Under the pieces are notes generated by a model. The model saw nothing but the letters and a program-made list of their open reading frames with translations. It was not told the DNA's origin and did not search any database. Shown here piece after piece: positions 18,596 through 27,073 of a stretch of 51,989 bases of DNA. This DNA is from a virus. Taxonomy: Duplodnaviria; Caudoviricetes. Every line of letters starts with the position of its first letter. Position 1 is the stretch's first letter. Location of the stretch: the IMG/VR virus record IMGVR_UViG_3300031965_000042, positions 1-51,989 of that record; one strand, 5' to 3'. Made by a program: the position numbers and the translations under genes.

Positions 18596-19284
18596 GGACC
18601 GCCACGCCGGAATGGCAGGGCGAGACCGTCTTTCTTGTGGCCGGCGGTCCCTCGGTGACACAGGCCCATGTCGACAGGCTCAAGGGCTACCGCGTCGTCG
18701 TCGTCAATTCGTCGTTTGAAAAAGCGCCCTGGGCCGACCTGCTGTTCTATGCCGACAAGAGGTGGTGGCACCCGAACGCGGCCAAGGTGCGCAGAATGTT
18801 CAAGGGCAGGGTCATCACCTGCCGGCGTTTCAAGGACAAAGAGGTGGTGCCACCGGGCGTGCTCGCCATCGGCAAGAGCCGTGACAGGTTCTGCGAACGG
18901 CCGAACGAGGTCTACCTGGACAAGACCGTGGTCACCGGCGCGCTTAATCTGATGATGCATTTGGGCGTCGCCTGCGTCGGCATGCTTGGCGTCGACCAGC
19001 AGCGAGACCCGCGCACCAAGCGCATGCACCACCATGAGGAATACACCTTCGCGCTCGGCGCCAAGGTGTTCGAGTTCCAGTCGAAGCAGTTGCGCGCTGT
19101 GGCCGAGCCGTTGGCGCGCGCCGGCATGAAGGTGATCAATCTCAGCCCGGACAGCAAAGTCGATTGGTGGCCGAGAATGACATTGGAGGATTTGCTTGCG
19201 CGAACATCCAAGGTTCACCCCGCGACGTCTGCCGTCGCCGCAAGCGCAATCGTGGCCGAGCAACAGGTGGCAGGGACCGGTTGA
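18577..19284 (+). CDS. Maf/DUF115 (MptE-like, sialyltransferase-like fold) putative glycosyltransferase
   Basis: Motifs TVFLVAGGPSV, VVVNSS..ADLLFYADKRWW, MLGVD and VINLSPDS. Confidence 0.65.
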   Translation: MPAPVFWTATPEWQGETVFLVAGGPSVTQAHVDRLKGYRVVVVNSSFEKAPWADLLFYADKRWWHPNAAKVRRMFKGRVITCRRFKDKEVVPPGVLAIGKSRDRFCERPNEVYLDKTVVTGALNLMMHLGVACVGMLGVDQQRDPRTKRMHHHEEYTFALGAKVFEFQSKQLRAVAEPLARAGMKVINLSPDSKVDWWPRMTLEDLLARTSKVHPATSAVAASAIVAEQQVAGTG

Positions 19285-19936
19285 TGTCTTGTGTCTATTG
19301 CGTGAAAGCAATGAGTTCAGCTCCCGCGATGTCGACCGTCTTTACCGCTCCATTGTCGCAGCGACCGATCGGCGTGTGCGCTTTCATTGCCTGACCGATG
19401 CGAACGGCTTCGGTCCCGGCATTCATGTTATCGCCATCAGGCATCCCGAATGGGAGGCCAAATACAACAAGCTGGAGTTGTTCAGGGCGGACGTGCAGGC
19501 TCTGGGGTCGCGCTTTTTCTATCTCGATCTCGACACGATGATCCTTGGCGGCGTCGACAATCTTTTCAGTTACGACGGCGCGCTGGCGATGCTCGATGAC
19601 TTTTACCTCACACCGAATTTCGGGTCGGGCGTGATGGCGTGGGACTCAAAGATCGGGTCGGGTCTTTACGAAGCCTTCTGCCGCATGCCGGCCGAGCAAC
19701 GTGCGCGCCTCTACCCGCTCGGACGCGGCGGTGGCGACCAGCTCTTTATCCAGCATCATTGCCAGGTCGAGCCGCATCGCTGGCAGACCATGTTTCCGGG
19801 GCGGGTCGTCAGCTACAAGATTCACGTTCGCAGTCACGGTAACCGCATACCCGACGCCGCTTCGGTGCTATGCTTCCATGGACGGCCGAGGATGCGGGAA
19901 GTTGGGCACCTCCTACGCAATGCGGCCGTGGCTTGA
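19196..19936 (+). CDS. GT-A fold glycosyltransferase (GT8-like), paralog 1
   Basis: Motifs FHCLTD, KLELF, FYLDLDT (DxD), GSGVMAW, GDQLFI and CFHGRPR. TTG start after GGAGGA. Confidence 0.8.
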   Translation: MREHPRFTPRRLPSPQAQSWPSNRWQGPVDVLCLLRESNEFSSRDVDRLYRSIVAATDRRVRFHCLTDANGFGPGIHVIAIRHPEWEAKYNKLELFRADVQALGSRFFYLDLDTMILGGVDNLFSYDGALAMLDDFYLTPNFGSGVMAWDSKIGSGLYEAFCRMPAEQRARLYPLGRGGGDQLFIQHHCQVEPHRWQTMFPGRVVSYKIHVRSHGNRIPDAASVLCFHGRPRMREVGHLLRNAAVA

Positions 19937-20660
19937 TCTGCCGCCGGCGCCGAAACAGGCGCCGGCGAAAGACGGGCAGCCGCGACCGACCAATCAGCAT
20001 GCCGGGCCGATCACCATCGCCTGCGTGCTGCGGCGCTCGCCCGAATATGACGCCGAGTGCGTGCGCCGCCTGCAGCGGGCGGTGTCGCGGAATGTGACGA
20101 GACCGTTTCGGTTTGTCTGTCTGACCGACGAGCTCGCTGTCGCCGGCGTGGAGACGATCGCGCTGCGTCATCCCGAATGGGTGACCAAGCAGAGCAAAAT
20201 GGAGTTGTTCAGGCCGGAGCTGGAGCTCGGGCGGGTGTTCTATCTTGATCTCGACACCGTCGTGTGCGGATCGTTGGAGGACATGCTGTCCTACGACGGC
20301 ACGTTCTGCATGCTCGGTGATCTCGGCGGAAAGCCGCAGCAATGTCGCGGCTCCGGTGTGATGGCGTGGGCGCCCGGCTTTGGCGCGGGCATGTATGAGG
20401 CCTTTTGCAAGCTGCCGCCTCATGTGCGCGACACCACCTATCGTGTCGGTGGCGGCCGCTCCGACCAGTTGTTCATCAACCATTTCATGCCGGTGCGGCC
20501 GCACGTCTTCCAGCAATTCTGGCCGGACCAGCTCGCCAGCTACAAATTGCACTGCCGCAGGCGCGGCAGGCCTCCGCACAATGCGAGGATCGTATGCTTC
20601 CACGGCCGGATCAAAATGAGGGAGACGACAGAGAAATGGATATCCGAAACTTGGGCATAA
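19920..20660 (+). CDS. GT-A fold glycosyltransferase (GT8-like), paralog 2
   Basis: Motifs FVCLTD, KMELF, FYLDLDT, GSGVMAW, SDQLFI and CFHGRIK. Confidence 0.8.
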   Translation: MRPWLDLPPAPKQAPAKDGQPRPTNQHAGPITIACVLRRSPEYDAECVRRLQRAVSRNVTRPFRFVCLTDELAVAGVETIALRHPEWVTKQSKMELFRPELELGRVFYLDLDTVVCGSLEDMLSYDGTFCMLGDLGGKPQQCRGSGVMAWAPGFGAGMYEAFCKLPPHVRDTTYRVGGGRSDQLFINHFMPVRPHVFQQFWPDQLASYKLHCRRRGRPPHNARIVCFHGRIKMRETTEKWISETWA

Positions 20661-20676
20661 CGAGAGGTGATACTCC

Positions 20677-21222
20677 TTGAGCAATGCGGATCTGCTCAAG
20701 ACGCTGACACCTCGCCGGCATGCTGTTCCGCTGGTCTCTATCATCAAGAGCCATCCGACCTGGAAAAAAGGGGCTGAGGTGGGGGTAGCGCAGGGGCGGA
20801 CGTCGCGCGTGATTTTGAAGGAGTGCCCTCAGCTTACGCTCATTGCGGTCGACCCTTTCCGCTACGTGATCGACGCGGAGTCATCCGGGCTCTACCGGGA
20901 TTTCGATTTCGCGCACTGCGAGCGGTGTGTGCGAGCGGTGGCGGCCGAGTTCGCACCCAGGATGATCATAAAGAAAATGACGTCCGAGCAGGCGGCGAGT
21001 TCGATCCCCAAAGGCTCACTGGATTTCGTGTTTATCGACGCCAACCACACATACGCCGAAGTGAAGCGTGACATAGTGGCATGGCGGCCGAAGGTCAGGC
21101 GATGGGGAATGGTGCTCGGGCACGATTATTCGGACCGCTGGCCGGGGGTGAAGCGGGCAGTTAACGAGGTGTTCGGTAAGCCCATTCTATTTGACAGTTC
21201 CATCTGGGGCGTCGTCGTTTGA
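20677..21222 (+). CDS. class I SAM-dependent methyltransferase (Methyltransf_24-like)
   Basis: Motifs GAEVGVAQGRTS, AVDPF, LDFVFIDANHTY, GHDY and WPGVKRAV. Confidence 0.85.
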   Translation: MSNADLLKTLTPRRHAVPLVSIIKSHPTWKKGAEVGVAQGRTSRVILKECPQLTLIAVDPFRYVIDAESSGLYRDFDFAHCERCVRAVAAEFAPRMIIKKMTSEQAASSIPKGSLDFVFIDANHTYAEVKRDIVAWRPKVRRWGMVLGHDYSDRWPGVKRAVNEVFGKPILFDSSIWGVVV

Positions 21223-21827
21223 CTCTGAAAATTCTTGGCATTGGCTTGCCGAAGACGGGCACATCAAGCCTCAACGAGGCGCTGCGGATTCTTCGTTTCA
21301 AGACGTTCCACGCGCCGCGGCATTTCCGCGCGAAGTATTTTAGCTCGCGGTTCGATTTCGGTGAGTGGGATGCGATCTGCAACATGTTCGAGCATGCGTT
21401 TCCGGCCATCGATGCTCTCTATCCGGGCACCCGCTTCATCTACACACGACGCGACGCAGAGAGCTGGCTGCCGTCGGTGCAGCGCGCGTTCCGGCACCTG
21501 GACCGCGTGCAGCAATCGGCCGGCAAGATCATGATCGACCGCCTGCTGGCGCTGCAATGCTCGACCTATAATGAGCCGATCCTGCGCCACGTGCATCGCT
21601 ATCATGCGCAGGCGGTTCGATCCTATTTCGAAGCCCGCAGCCAGGACGTGCTGCATCTCGACATTTGCGCCGGCGAGGGGTGGGAGAAGCTGTGCGCCTT
21701 TCTCGGCGTTGACGTTCCCGATCGGCCCTTCCCGCATCTGAACACCCAAGAGCGCTATTCGTGCGGCGAGCCGGGACATTCATGCTGCATCTGTCATCAC
21801 GGCATTACAGAGGAGGCCGCGGCCTGA
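21219..21827 (+). CDS. PAPS-dependent sulfotransferase
   Basis: GIGLPKTGTSSL is the 5'-phosphosulfate-binding loop. Also FIYTRRDAESWLPS and GWEKLCAFLG..PFPHLN. Confidence 0.88.
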   Translation: MTLKILGIGLPKTGTSSLNEALRILRFKTFHAPRHFRAKYFSSRFDFGEWDAICNMFEHAFPAIDALYPGTRFIYTRRDAESWLPSVQRAFRHLDRVQQSAGKIMIDRLLALQCSTYNEPILRHVHRYHAQAVRSYFEARSQDVLHLDICAGEGWEKLCAFLGVDVPDRPFPHLNTQERYSCGEPGHSCCICHHGITEEAAA

Positions 21828-22495
21828 TGTGGTTTGTGCCAACACGCGGGCGGCCGCATCGCCTGCAGAAATTTCTCGACGGTTGTGTAGACACCGGCAT
21901 GCGCATGCCCGGCCTGGTCGTCGTCGACGGTGAAGATGGCGGCAACTATTCCGAGGTGCGGGTGCCGGGGAATTGGGGACTGATGATCGCCAGGAAACGC
22001 GCCGAGACCTGCGGCCGCATGGAGGAATATTTCAAAGCTTATCCAGATGCGGCGTTCTACGCGATCGTCAATGACGACGTGGTGCCGGAGACATCGGGTT
22101 GGGACGTGACCCTGGCAAAGGCCGCCGGCGACTGGAACGTCGCCTATCCTGATGACACCTTGAATGGCGAGCGCATGGCGACACAGTTTCTTGTCGGCGG
22201 TAAGCTGGCGCGCGCGGTCGGTTCCTTCGGCCTCGGATTCCTGCACACCATGGTCGACCGCGCCTGGATGGACATTGGACGCGGTCTCGATGCCCTGGTC
22301 TATCGCACCGACATCAAGATGCGTCACGATCATTGGAGCGTCGGCCGCGCCGAGAAAGACAAGACCTACCAGCGCACCTTCAACGGTCGCTCGACCATCG
22401 TGCATGACCGTGCGCGCTATCGGGATTTCTGCCGCGAACTGCCGGGTATCCTGGCCAGGGTCAAGGCAATCCGCGACGACCAGGCGGCCGCCTGA
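21827..22495 (+). CDS. GT-A fold glycosyltransferase (GT2-like)
   Basis: Motifs VPTRGRP, VVVDGED, IVNDDVVP and HDHW. Confidence 0.7.
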   Translation: MWFVPTRGRPHRLQKFLDGCVDTGMRMPGLVVVDGEDGGNYSEVRVPGNWGLMIARKRAETCGRMEEYFKAYPDAAFYAIVNDDVVPETSGWDVTLAKAAGDWNVAYPDDTLNGERMATQFLVGGKLARAVGSFGLGFLHTMVDRAWMDIGRGLDALVYRTDIKMRHDHWSVGRAEKDKTYQRTFNGRSTIVHDRARYRDFCRELPGILARVKAIRDDQAAA

Positions 22496-22565
22496 ACCTT
22501 TTTTTTAAGAACTTCCGGGGGGTGAAAGAGGAGCACCCGCCCGCCTCTAACGAGCGGGTGCTCCT

Positions 22566-23996
22566 TTGCTGCTCATCAATCCTCCGTCCAGCTTCCTGCT
22601 GGACGAACGGGTGTTCCCGTCGCTCGGCATTCTCAAAGTGGCGGCCGTGCTCGAACGCGCCGGCCACGCGGTCGAGCTCATCGACCTGGCTGGCGACGAT
22701 GTGCTTGCCGCGCTCAAGGCGCGGCTTGCGCATCCGGCCCCTGCATGCGTGGGCCTGTCGGCGACAACGGCGCAGATGCCTGCGGTGAAGGAGATCGTCG
22801 GCCTGCTGCGCCGCGCCTGGCCGAAAACACGCATCGTGCTTGGCGGTCCGCATGGCACGTTGGCGCTGGCGGCGCGGCGCAAGGAAGCCAAGCGCAATGT
22901 CGTCGGCCGTGGCCACCGGGCGATCGAGCGCCTGGTCCGCATGGTCGATTGCCTGGTCGCCGGCGACGGCGAGCATGCGGTGTTCGCCGCCATGCAGCCG
23001 GACGCGCCGGAGATCGTCGACGCCGATGATCGCAAGAGCGCGCTGTGGATGAAGAACGATCATTATGAGGCAAGCCCGTGGCCGGCACGGCACCTCATCG
23101 ATATTGCGTCCTATCGCTACCAGATCGACGGCCATCGGGCGACCAGCATCATCGGCCAGCTCGGTTGTCCATTCGCCTGTGCGTTCTGCGGTGGCCGCCA
23201 TGCGCATTCCCTGCGGGTGATACGCACGCGATCAACCGGCAACATCGTCGGCGAAGTGCGGCACCTTTATGAGGAGCACGGATTCACCGGCTTCATGTTC
23301 TACGACGATGAGCTCAACGTCTCGCCGGCGCTGGTGGAAATGTGTGAGGCGTTGACGGACCTGCAGGAGGAGCTGGGCGTTTCTTTCGGCCTGCGCGGAT
23401 TCATCAAGGCGGAGCTGTTCAACGAGGACCAGGCCAGGGCGATGCGACGCGCCGGCTTCCGCTGGCTTCTGTGCGGCTTTGAGGCCGCCGACGATCGCAT
23501 TCTGATCAATATCGCCAAGCGTGCGACCAGGGCCGACAACGATCGCGTCCTCGAGCTCGCCGGCAGGCACGATCTCAAGATCAAGGCGCTGATGTCGGTC
23601 GGCCATGCCGGCGAGAGCGAGGCGAGCGTGCGCGCGGTGCGTAACTGGCTGCTCGATGTGGCGCCGGCGGATTTCGATTGCACCATCATCACACCCTATC
23701 CCGGCACGCCCTATCACGACGACGCCGAGCCTGCCGGTAACGATGTGTGGACATACACGCAGCCGGTGACGGGTGATCGCTTGCATGCGCGGGAAATCGC
23801 CTACGAGGAAAACGCCGACTATTACAAGGGAATCCCCGGCGAATATGTCAGCCATGTCTTCACCGACCATCTGTCGGCCGAGGATCTGGTGCGCTTGCGC
23901 GACGAGCTGGAGCGCGAGGTGCGCGGCCGCCTGAACATTCCCTATCCGAGCGCCGCGCCGGCGCAGCAATTCGAGCACTCGATGGGTCAAACATGA
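22566..23996 (+). CDS. B12-binding radical SAM enzyme (class B methyltransferase-like)
   Basis: Motifs LLINPP, PSLGILKVAA, VLGGPHGT, GDGE, GCPFACAFC (CxxxCxxC), FYDDE and TPYPGTP. Confidence 0.92.
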   Translation: MLLINPPSSFLLDERVFPSLGILKVAAVLERAGHAVELIDLAGDDVLAALKARLAHPAPACVGLSATTAQMPAVKEIVGLLRRAWPKTRIVLGGPHGTLALAARRKEAKRNVVGRGHRAIERLVRMVDCLVAGDGEHAVFAAMQPDAPEIVDADDRKSALWMKNDHYEASPWPARHLIDIASYRYQIDGHRATSIIGQLGCPFACAFCGGRHAHSLRVIRTRSTGNIVGEVRHLYEEHGFTGFMFYDDELNVSPALVEMCEALTDLQEELGVSFGLRGFIKAELFNEDQARAMRRAGFRWLLCGFEAADDRILINIAKRATRADNDRVLELAGRHDLKIKALMSVGHAGESEASVRAVRNWLLDVAPADFDCTIITPYPGTPYHDDAEPAGNDVWTYTQPVTGDRLHAREIAYEENADYYKGIPGEYVSHVFTDHLSAEDLVRLRDELEREVRGRLNIPYPSAAPAQQFEHSMGQT

Positions 23997-25180
23997 GAGT
24001 CATGATTCTGGGCGGGCAGGGTTACCTCGGCTGGCCGTCGGCGATGCATCTGGCTTCGATCGGGCATGAGGTCACGATCGTCGACAACGGTCTTAAATCG
24101 CGCCTGACGCAGGAGACCGGTGACTTCTCGCTCACCCTCGTGCAGCCGGCGAAGGTGCGCGCGGCCATCTTCCATGAATGCACCGGCGTCTGGATCGAGA
24201 GCGTAGGCGGAGACGTCACCGACTACGGGCAGATGTGTGTGCTGCTCAAGCGCTTCGCGCCGGATGCGATCGTGCACTATGCCGAGATCCCGTCGGCGCC
24301 GTTCTCGATGCGTGACTATGAGGCTGCGCGGCTCACCGTCATCAACAATGTCGGCGCCACGCTCGCGCTGGCGCATGCCGTCAAGGAGTGCTGCCCCGGC
24401 GCGCATATCATCAAGCTGGGAACGATGGGCGAGTACGGAACGCCGAATGTGCCCATCAGCGAAGGCTGGCTCGAGCACCAGCACAACGGATACGCGCAAA
24501 AATTCCTTTATCCGGCGACACCGGGCTCGCTCTACCATGTAAGCAAGGTGCAGGACACGCACGTGCTCTGGCTTTACAGCCGCATGTATGGCTTGCGCGT
24601 CACCGATGTCATGCAGGGTCCGGTCTACGGGCTGACAACGCCGCAGATCGAGCTACACGAGGATTTGGCCACCAGCTTCTATTACGACGATCTGTGGGGC
24701 ACCGTGATCAACCGCTTCGTGGTGCAGGCGCTCATCGGCGAGCCGCTGACCGTCTACGGGTCCGGCGGACAAAAGCGCGGCTTCATCAATCTGCGTGATG
24801 TGGTCAAGTGCATCGAGTTGATGCTGGCCAACCCGCCGGCCGGTGAAGATTATCGCATCTTCAACCAGATCACCTCGGTGCACTCCGTGAAGGGCCTCGC
24901 CGATCTCGTTGTGCGCGCATGCTCCTCTGTGGGCGTCAACGCTCAGGTCGGCGAGGTCCGAAACCCGCGACAGGAGGCGGAAGATCATTTCTATTCGGTC
25001 GAGGCGACCGGCTTGCGCGATCTCGGGCTCGAGCCGACCCAGCTCAACGAGGAGACACTGGCCGAGTTCATCGAGGCTGTGCGGGTCCATATCGGGCGTG
25101 TGAACCGTCAGCGCATTCTGCCGCGCAACGGCTGGACGGCATTCTACACGGACGCCGTTGACGACGCCGCGGCCGCCTGA
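23993..25180 (+). CDS. sqdB: UDP-sulfoquinovose synthase-like extended SDR (SqdB/SQD1/Agl3 family)
   Basis: Motifs GGQGYLGWP, SAPFSM, KLGTMGEYGTPN, YHVSK, GTVINRF..PLTVYGSGGQKRG and NPRQEAEDHFY. Confidence 0.88.
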   Translation: MRVMILGGQGYLGWPSAMHLASIGHEVTIVDNGLKSRLTQETGDFSLTLVQPAKVRAAIFHECTGVWIESVGGDVTDYGQMCVLLKRFAPDAIVHYAEIPSAPFSMRDYEAARLTVINNVGATLALAHAVKECCPGAHIIKLGTMGEYGTPNVPISEGWLEHQHNGYAQKFLYPATPGSLYHVSKVQDTHVLWLYSRMYGLRVTDVMQGPVYGLTTPQIELHEDLATSFYYDDLWGTVINRFVVQALIGEPLTVYGSGGQKRGFINLRDVVKCIELMLANPPAGEDYRIFNQITSVHSVKGLADLVVRACSSVGVNAQVGEVRNPRQEAEDHFYSVEATGLRDLGLEPTQLNEETLAEFIEAVRVHIGRVNRQRILPRNGWTAFYTDAVDDAAAA

Positions 25181-25524
25181 TGGGATGGCAGACGGCGCTC
25201 GACGCCCTCTATGCGAATGCGAGCCTCGGTGTGGCGGCCACGCTCGACATTGGTGATACCGCCTCGCCCTACGACCTGACCGTTATCGACAAGACCGAGG
25301 GCGTATCCATCGACCAGGGCGGCGTCGATCTGCAGTCGGTGACGCCGGCGGCAACGTTGCGCGTCAGCGAACTCAGCGATCTCGGTCTGGAGCGCGGCGA
25401 CCTCGTCGACGGCACGATGGTGTTCAACGGCGGGTCTTGGGTCGTCACCGCGACCAGACCGCGGCCGATGCCCGACAATGATGGTGAGCTGCTGCTCCTG
25501 CTGCGGCAATCGGAGGCGACATGA
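25180..25524 (+). CDS. head-tail joining protein (gpFII-like)
   Basis: Size, position and ALDALY..LGVAATL...LERGDL pattern. Confidence 0.65.
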   Translation: MGWQTALDALYANASLGVAATLDIGDTASPYDLTVIDKTEGVSIDQGGVDLQSVTPAATLRVSELSDLGLERGDLVDGTMVFNGGSWVVTATRPRPMPDNDGELLLLLRQSEAT

Positions 25525-25964
25525 TCGACCGCCGCGAGCAATTGCTGGCGCGTATGGTCGCCATCTGCGCCTCGCTCAATCCGACCACGAGCGGTCGCAA
25601 CATTCTGGCCGTCGACGACATCAAAAGGCCGGCTCTGATTGTTCTGGACGGCGATGAGCAGGCGAGCGGCAGCGATCCGATCACGCGGCCGAACAATGCG
25701 CCGCGGCGGCTGATGCTGGAATCCATCGTGCATGTGCTGGTCGACGATGTGCCGGGAGAAGTGGGCACGACGCTGAACATCTGGCGGCGCCAATTGATCA
25801 GCGCCATCGAAAGCGACGCGACGCTGCGCTCTCTCACCCAGGCCGATGGTACCGTGCGCTACGTCGGCCTCGACGTCGGCATGATGCCGGCGCGCAACGC
25901 CGCCGGAGCCATGTATCTTAAATTTCAACTGACCTACTGGCTGCGGATCAACGAACTGACCTGA
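25521..25964 (+). CDS. tail terminator or completion protein
   Basis: MIDRREQLLARM..RPALIVLDGDE; lies just before the tail tube gene. Confidence 0.65.
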   Translation: MIDRREQLLARMVAICASLNPTTSGRNILAVDDIKRPALIVLDGDEQASGSDPITRPNNAPRRLMLESIVHVLVDDVPGEVGTTLNIWRRQLISAIESDATLRSLTQADGTVRYVGLDVGMMPARNAAGAMYLKFQLTYWLRINELT

Positions 25965-26010
25965 ATCCGCGTCCTTCGGCTCCCCCTGTAAAACATGGAG
26001 ACTTTGCAAG

Positions 26011-26538
26011 ATGCCGCACCCATCGCCGAACACCCTCAACTATTTTTCCGGCACGGGTAATCTGTATTGGACCAAATCCGGTGACGCGCAGCGTCATCTG
26101 GGAAATTGTCCAAGTTTCGAGACCGAGCCGGTCTTCCAGACCAAGACGCACAAGACGGCCATGGACCCAGGCCGCTCCGAGGACCGCGAGGATCTGGTGC
26201 AGACGGGTCTCACGATTCGCATCAGCCTCGATGAAATCACGCCGGAAAATCTCGGCCTGTTCTTCTTCGGCGACCCGTCGCTCAATACGGCCGGCAAATG
26301 GGAGTTCAATATCCTCGGCCTCAAGAAGATCACCGGCGCTCTTCTCTTCACCGGCAACAATGCCATCGGCAATCAGTTCGAGGTGACGATCCTCTCGGTC
26401 AGTCTGGTGCCGCAGGGATCGTTCAACTGGGTCGACGACGGGACCGGATATGCGCAGGTGGTGCTCACCGGCAAGGCCCTGGTGCAGCCCGACGGCACGT
26501 TCGGCACGGTCGAGGAGATAGGGTCCGAATCGACCTAA
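26011..26538 (+). CDS. major tail tube protein
   Basis: GTGNLYW..RHLGNCPSFE..SLDEITPENL; strong SD GGAG and expected position. Confidence 0.75.
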   Translation: MPHPSPNTLNYFSGTGNLYWTKSGDAQRHLGNCPSFETEPVFQTKTHKTAMDPGRSEDREDLVQTGLTIRISLDEITPENLGLFFFGDPSLNTAGKWEFNILGLKKITGALLFTGNNAIGNQFEVTILSVSLVPQGSFNWVDDGTGYAQVVLTGKALVQPDGTFGTVEEIGSEST

Positions 26539-26596
26539 GCTTTGTGAAAACGGCGGGCCCGCCCTCTCTGGGGCGGGCTGCAGAGGAGGCCAATCA

Positions 26597-27073
26597 GTGA
26601 CTCTACCGGGTTTTGAACATCTGGAGCCGCGCAGGGGGTCGGTGACGCTGCGCGGCAAGAAAATGGAAATCGTGCCAGCGACGATGCGGCAATGTCTGGT
26701 CATCGCCAACCGTTTCCCCGAGGTGCAGCGCTTGGTGTTGGCTGCGCAGGGCACGGCACCGGGTATCATGGCCATCTTTCTCTCGGTGCCGGACGAGGCC
26801 GTGCATGCCTTCATCGCCACGGTGTGGGGAAAACACGGTGACGAGGACGCGGAGAAGGCCGCCAGCTATCTCGACTTCAACGAAGTGCTGAACGTGTTGA
26901 AGGAGGCGGGCCGGGCGATGTTCGGGGAGACGGGATTCCTCCCTTTCGTGGACACGCTGGCGGCCATGCTCGGAGACGGAGACCCGCAGCCGCAGCCCAG
27001 ATCGAGGCTGTCGGCGTCGCCATCGCCGAAGCCGCGCAGCTCCTCCACCAGGAAGGCCACCCGGACCCGCTGA
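26597..27073 (+). CDS. tail assembly chaperone (gpG-like)
   Basis: Follows the tail tube gene and contains a slippery heptamer. Confidence 0.75.
   Translation: MTLPGFEHLEPRRGSVTLRGKKMEIVPATMRQCLVIANRFPEVQRLVLAAQGTAPGIMAIFLSVPDEAVHAFIATVWGKHGDEDAEKAASYLDFNEVLNVLKEAGRAMFGETGFLPFVDTLAAMLGDGDPQPQPRSRLSASPSPKPRSSSTRKATRTR

Noticed and set aside
22496-22566. Cobalamin riboswitch upstream of the B12 enzyme
   Set aside because: The gap is only ~70 nt and no B12 box is recognisable.
18577-25180. O-antigen seroconversion moron or DNA hypermodification locus as the primary reading
   Set aside because: There are no membrane, flippase or Gtr genes and no base hydroxymethylase or dioxygenase, and the cluster is coupled into the late structural operon. 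These readings are disfavoured but not excluded.
26556-26579. Terminator after the tail tube gene
   Set aside because: A GC hairpin is present but there is no U tract.
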